Shown in pieces: positions 54,227 through 64,000 of a DNA stretch of 64,000 nt; the first letter of the stretch is position 1, and every line of letters starts with the position of its first letter. This DNA comes from Salpingoeca rosetta. Taxonomy: Eukaryota; Protista; Choanoflagellata. The notes under the pieces are model-generated. The model had not been told where the DNA came from and did no database searches. It saw only the letters and a program-made list of their open reading frames with translations. Where the stretch lies: the NCBI GenBank assembly GCA_033442325.1, contig JAWQFM010000016.1, positions 1,035,679 to 1,099,678 of the forward strand, written 5' to 3'. Position numbers and translations under genes: made by a program.

Positions 54227-55443
54227 CTTAGTCTTCGTCACGGTGCAAACGGCGCGCTGCTGCCTCTCTCGGCTGGTGTCTGTCTCTCTTTGTTGCCGTT
54301 GCCGTTATTCTCAGTCTGCACGCTGCCTGTGTTGACGTGAATGCGCCACCGTGAATGCGCCACCCTCACCTCAACACACACACTCACACAAACGCTGAGA
54401 GGCGCGCCTTCTTTGCTTGCTTCTTCGCACATCACGCACAACCACACTGATTTCCGTTGCAAAGGGTGTGGTTGTGTCCGCCTCGAACAAAGCAAGGTTC
54501 GTTGCGCGGAAACGACACCCCCCACCAACGGTTTGGCCGCCGTCTTCGACAGCACAAAAAATCCAGTACCCCGATATTTCATTGGAAATTCCCATTAAAA
54601 TTCCATTATGGCCTAAAGCAAGTTTTCCGGCCTCCGCCCATACAATTGGGTCCTTGGGGCCGTTGAGCTGGACTGAGCAAGCGGGAAAAATAGCAAGAAA
54701 AAAAAAAAAACTGAAAACACCCTCCTCTCGCTCTCTCTGTGTGCGCAGCAGGCGAGAAAAAGCCTCTTGTGTGTCGCTGGCGTTGCTGAGGCCTTTCCAC
54801 TTCACCGCAACCACATACAGACCACAAGCAGCAGCGACAAACAGGCACCACCTCCCTCTCAACTTCAACCAACAACCACAACAGGTAAGCAGCTGGGCGG
54901 CGTTGGTGGTGCATGCATGTCGCGAGGATGAGGGTGCGTGTTGGGGGTGTGGAATAAGGAGCCTGAAGGACACACACGCGAGCACAGCAGCGTAGGTTCC
55001 CGCCGACGACAACAACAGCAGCAGCAAACAAAAGAGGAACTGGGCGACTTGGTGGTGGTGTAAGCGTTAGGCTGAGAAGCAATGATGTTGCTCGGCATCA
55101 TCCAAGTGTGCGCGGTGCATGTTTGGTGATCTGTGATGTGGAGGGAGGCTGGGGTAGCGCGTGAAGCAGGCTCGCGAAGACCCATGCGTGCTGAAGCCAT
55201 CAGCAGCACCAGTAACAAGCACAGCGATTCCAAATGCACCATCTTGACACAGTCGCTCTCAGCGGCCGGCCGGACGGACAATTGCCGACTTGATGTTTGC
55301 GTCGTTTTTCTCCAACCACCATCACACACATCACAAACACACACACACACACACGCAACACACAGAGACACCACATACATTCTGCCACACGTCAACACTC
55401 ACACGCCACGCGTTTTCTGTTTTTCACCTGCCACACAGACACA

Positions 55444-56125
<682 letters not shown>

Positions 56126-56992
56126 ATGACCCCCACCTCCTTTTCCCCTCCCCTCTTCTCTCCTCCACAAACTGCCTTTGTAACACTCGCACTTGTCGCT
56201 GTTGTTGTATTGGCATCTTTTCCCAAACAACAGAGAAAACAAAATACCCGCTTGTTTCTTTTCTTGCTGGTTTGTTCCATTGCATGCCTCTCTTCTTACC
56301 CTCTTTTTCGTGCGAGGTGTGAGTACGTAACGTGCCTGGTCTTGCCATTGTCCCCTGTTTGTCGTCTTCCTCATTAGTGCCCCTTTACGGTCTGGCTTTT
56401 TGGTTGTGGCGTGCCTGTGTGTGGATTGGGTTGCAACCGAGACGGTAACACGTGTTCGTGGGCGTGTGCGCGCTTGACATGTCGGTCGTCATTCTGGCAC
56501 TCTGCTGTTGTGCATTGCTGCGCTGACGCCGTCTGTGGATGTGCGTGCTGCCCTCGCTCGCTCGTTTGCTGTGGAAGCTTTCCTTCCTCACTCACAAGTT
56601 GTTGCCTTGATACACACTGCACACCGTTTGTCTGGGTGAAGTTGTGTGTGTGTGTGTATGTGCGGTGCGTCTGTGCTGTGATTGCCCAAGCGTGTCGGCC
56701 TCTTCCTTTGTTGGGTTGTTTGCACCAGCTGCCGCGGGTTGTGCCTCGCGTTGGTGCCTTGGTTGGTTTGTTGTTTTGTCTACTATTTCCAACGCAAGAA
56801 AAAACAATACAAACAACAGGAAGACTCCTCATGGGTTATGTGATTCGTGTGTGTGCGTGTGTGTGTGTAAAGTGTTGGCTTGCAGCAATGTGTGGTGGGG
56901 AGTTTATTTGCTCGTGGGGAACGAACACACACAGAGAAGCAACAACACATGGCAACAAGTAAAACAAGCACATCGCACACACACGTCATCAT

Positions 56993-57137
56993 GTCACAGT
57001 GGGCAACACCAACTTCTGTCATGTCACATCACTCACAGATCACCCGGTACATGCATGCAAGCAAGTCACATGGGCAACGCCGACTTCTGTCATGTCACAT
57101 CACTCACAGATCACCCGGTACATGCATGCAAGCAAGT
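56993..57137. repeat. Tandem duplication of a ~72-bp unit downstream of PSMB1
   Basis: Two near-identical copies of GTCACA(G)TGGGCAAC(A/G)CC(A/G)ACTTCTGTCATGTCACATCACTCACAGATCACCCGGTACATGCATGCAAGCAA. Confidence 0.9.
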
Positions 57138-57165
57138 GAGGGAGATGATGGTGCTTGGGCTGCGT

Positions 57166-57249
57166 TTAGTCGCAGCGGAGCGGGAAGCGGTGCTCCTCAA
57201 GGCCGTCCTTGGTCACAATGCGAATGTCAACAGCATCGCCTGCAGGAGG

Positions 57250-57344
<95 letters not shown>

Positions 57345-57663
57345 GGGGGAGAGGTTGATGAGAAGGGGAAGAGGTGGTGGACTGTACGTGAAGCACAGGC
57401 AAACGCATGCAAAGAACAGCAACTAGTCAGAGACAACCAAACGGGCGTGGTGGTTCATTGTGGGACCTGTGTAGATGTCGCGTTCTGCCGCGGAGGTGAA
57501 GACGTCCTTGATGATGGTCATGGCGCGCTCCTGTCACACGAAGGGGTTGGAGGCAGGGCGACGAGAGGAGAAAGTGAACGGAGAGCAGATGAAGGAGCAT
57601 GGTGGAGCATGGGCACAATGGAAACGCAAAACATGCGCACCGCAGAGAGCAAGGCTCGCAGAT

Positions 57664-57749
<86 letters not shown>

Positions 57750-58322
57750 GCACACACACACGCACAGACCTTGCTGATGGGCTCAAAGACGACGCCCTGC
57801 TGGTTCTTGCGGCCAATCTGCGTGATGCACAATGGCAGTGGCGGGAGAGCAAAGGCAAGATCAGACATAACTCCCAACACACACACACGCACGCCCACAC
57901 ATAGACAAAAGCACAGACACACAGACAGACAGACACACAAACAGACACTCACACACACACACATACTCACACACACAGACACAGACAACAGCACAGACAC
58001 GTAATCTGGAATACGTGCAAGGGCACGTGCCTGGTTGTCGAGGAAGGGCTGAAGGAGGGCAGAGGCGGTGCCGGCGGCGCGGTAGTGCTCGCGCTCATAC
58101 GAGCCAACGGGATCATAGCTGAACACGCAGCCCTTGCCTGCATATTGGGGTTGGGGTTGGGGACATGAGCACATGAGCAGATGGTTGTGGGTGAGGGGGC
58201 GTGAGCACAGACGCTTGCGCGCACAGCAGTCACACGCATGGGAGGTGGTATTGATACGACGCATGTCTAGCTCCATGCGACACCACATTGACAACAAACA
58301 CACGCACACACACACACGCACA

Positions 58323-58360
<38 letters not shown>

Positions 58361-58567
58361 GTCTGCGTCGAGTCCTGCGAGGATGTTGTATGTGTAGTAC
58401 GGGAAGAAGCGCTTGCCGTACAGCATGGTGGCCAGCATCTGGGCACAAGCTGGGGTGCTGCGGACAAGAGGGCAAAAGGGATGATGATGATGAGACAAGG
58501 CAACTCAGGTCTGTTGCATATGGAAGAAGCAACCCCTTTCTTGGCGACACATAGACAGAGAGAGGGA

Positions 58568-58601
<34 letters not shown>

Positions 58602-58758
58602 GACACACACACACACACACACAAAAAGACACACACACACACACACAAAAAGACACACACACACACAAAAAGACACACACACACACACAAAGACACACAC
58701 ACACACACACAAAAAGACACACACACACACACAAAAAGACACACACAAAAAGACACAC

Positions 58759-58789
<31 letters not shown>

Positions 58790-59508
58790 ACGTACGACAT
58801 GGGCTTGCGGTGCTGGTACTCGTAGTTTTGCATGCGCACGCCAATGCGCTTGACAAGTGTGAGCACATCGCCGTGGAACCCGGCAGATGCAAGCACTGTC
58901 TTGTCCGTGCTGCTCATGTCGACACGCAATGATATCAGAACAACGAGACCAAAAAGGTAAGCAAGGAAATGTGTAATGCATGCGGTTGTGTGTGAGTGTG
59001 TGCGTGAGCGAGAGAGAGAGCGTGTGTGTGTGTGCGTGTATGTGTGTGCATGTTTGTGTATGCATGTTTGTGTATGCATGTTGTGTGCGTGCGTGTGTGT
59101 GTGTGTGTACGAAGCAAACGTGCAAGCCACAGAAGCGCAACAACAGTAGTTCTCACACGCCTTTCCCTCACGCACGAACGTACAGCTTGTAAAGCTTTGA
59201 TGAGTTGCGAGAGTGGATGCTGAAGCCCTCGCTGAGACGTGTGTCGGATGCAATCAGGGCGTAGTCATCGCCAGCAATGCCAACGACCGTGCTGTTGCGT
59301 GCATGCGTGTGTGTGTTTGTAGAGAAGGGGGGGGGGAAGGGAAGAACGCAATTATTAGCAGAGTAGGTGAGCCCGTTGTACGCACGCAAGGTGAACTCAG
59401 ACAGACATACAGACGGGCAGACAGACAGACACACAGACAGACAGACACAGACACACACACACACTGACTGGCGTACCCGCCGTTTGAAGAGTATGGGCTG
59501 AAAGACAT
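57166..59508 (-). CDS. PSMB1: 20S proteasome subunit beta type-1 (beta6), multi-exon
   Basis: [11 protein letters not shown]; [28 protein letters not shown]; [10 protein letters not shown]; [24 protein letters not shown]; [17 protein letters not shown]; LLQPFLDNQ; [14 protein letters not shown]. Confidence 0.95.
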
Positions 59509-59931
59509 GGCTTGTGTATGTGTGTGTGTGTGCAGGAGGAAGCGAGATCAGCGCGCGGAGGGGGTTGTTACAACAATGTGTTCGCGATACACAAGAGCAA
59601 AAGAACGGCCGACACCAAGTCTCTGTCAGTCAATCGATATCCGTTCGTTTTTGCTGTTGCTTCTTCGCTTCTTCTTCTTGTGTGTGTGTGTGTGAAGAAG
59701 AGGAGGAAGAAGAAAGAAGAAGAGAAGAAGAAAAAAACCAACACGAAAACCGAAAGACGACGGAAGAGGCGAGACAGTGAGTTGTGCAGAGCAGCTTTGT
59801 TTGTGTTTCCACACCTCTCACCACCTCGTTTCTGCATCATCATCGTGAGAGGCTTAGACGCACCGCCACGCACCACCACCAGCGACAGCTTCCTCCCTCC
59901 TCTTCACCTCGCCACTGCGTAGTCGTTCGCC

Positions 59932-64000
<4,069 letters not shown>

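Noticed and set aside
56993-57137. Possible CRISPR-like array
   Set aside because: Two abutting copies with no spacers, in eukaryotic context with no cas genes.

Overview
Intron-rich, gene-dense eukaryotic DNA. Nearly every intron carries (CA)n/(GT)n microsatellites, and there are three assembly gaps. Gene content (a four-SH2 protein, LZTR1, PLOD, IFT20) and sequence style point to a choanoflagellate, probably Salpingoeca rosetta (inference). About 18 protein-coding genes, many in head-to-head pairs, in order: TBL3/UTP13 (3' part), a Rad5/SHPRH-type SNF2-RING protein with degenerate ATPase motifs, a 4xSH2 protein ending in CaaX, a secreted two-HKD PLD, a KH-domain/Zucchini-type PLD fusion, a GxGYxYP-type glycoside hydrolase-like protein, a Cys-rich membrane protein, LZTR1, a heme-biosynthesis cluster, NDUFS8, IFT20, SRP19, PLOD with an inserted ShKT domain, calmodulin, PSMB1 and an ACAP-type BAR-PH-ArfGAP (5' part). 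The main finding is an 8.4-kb heme-biosynthesis cluster (34179-42572): an intronless UROD-HMBS fusion, an intronless PPOX and a divergently transcribed ALAS, together four of the eight pathway steps. The second candidate is the KH-PLD nuclease fusion. Exon boundaries were inferred by hand and family assignments come from recalled motifs; no database searches were run.
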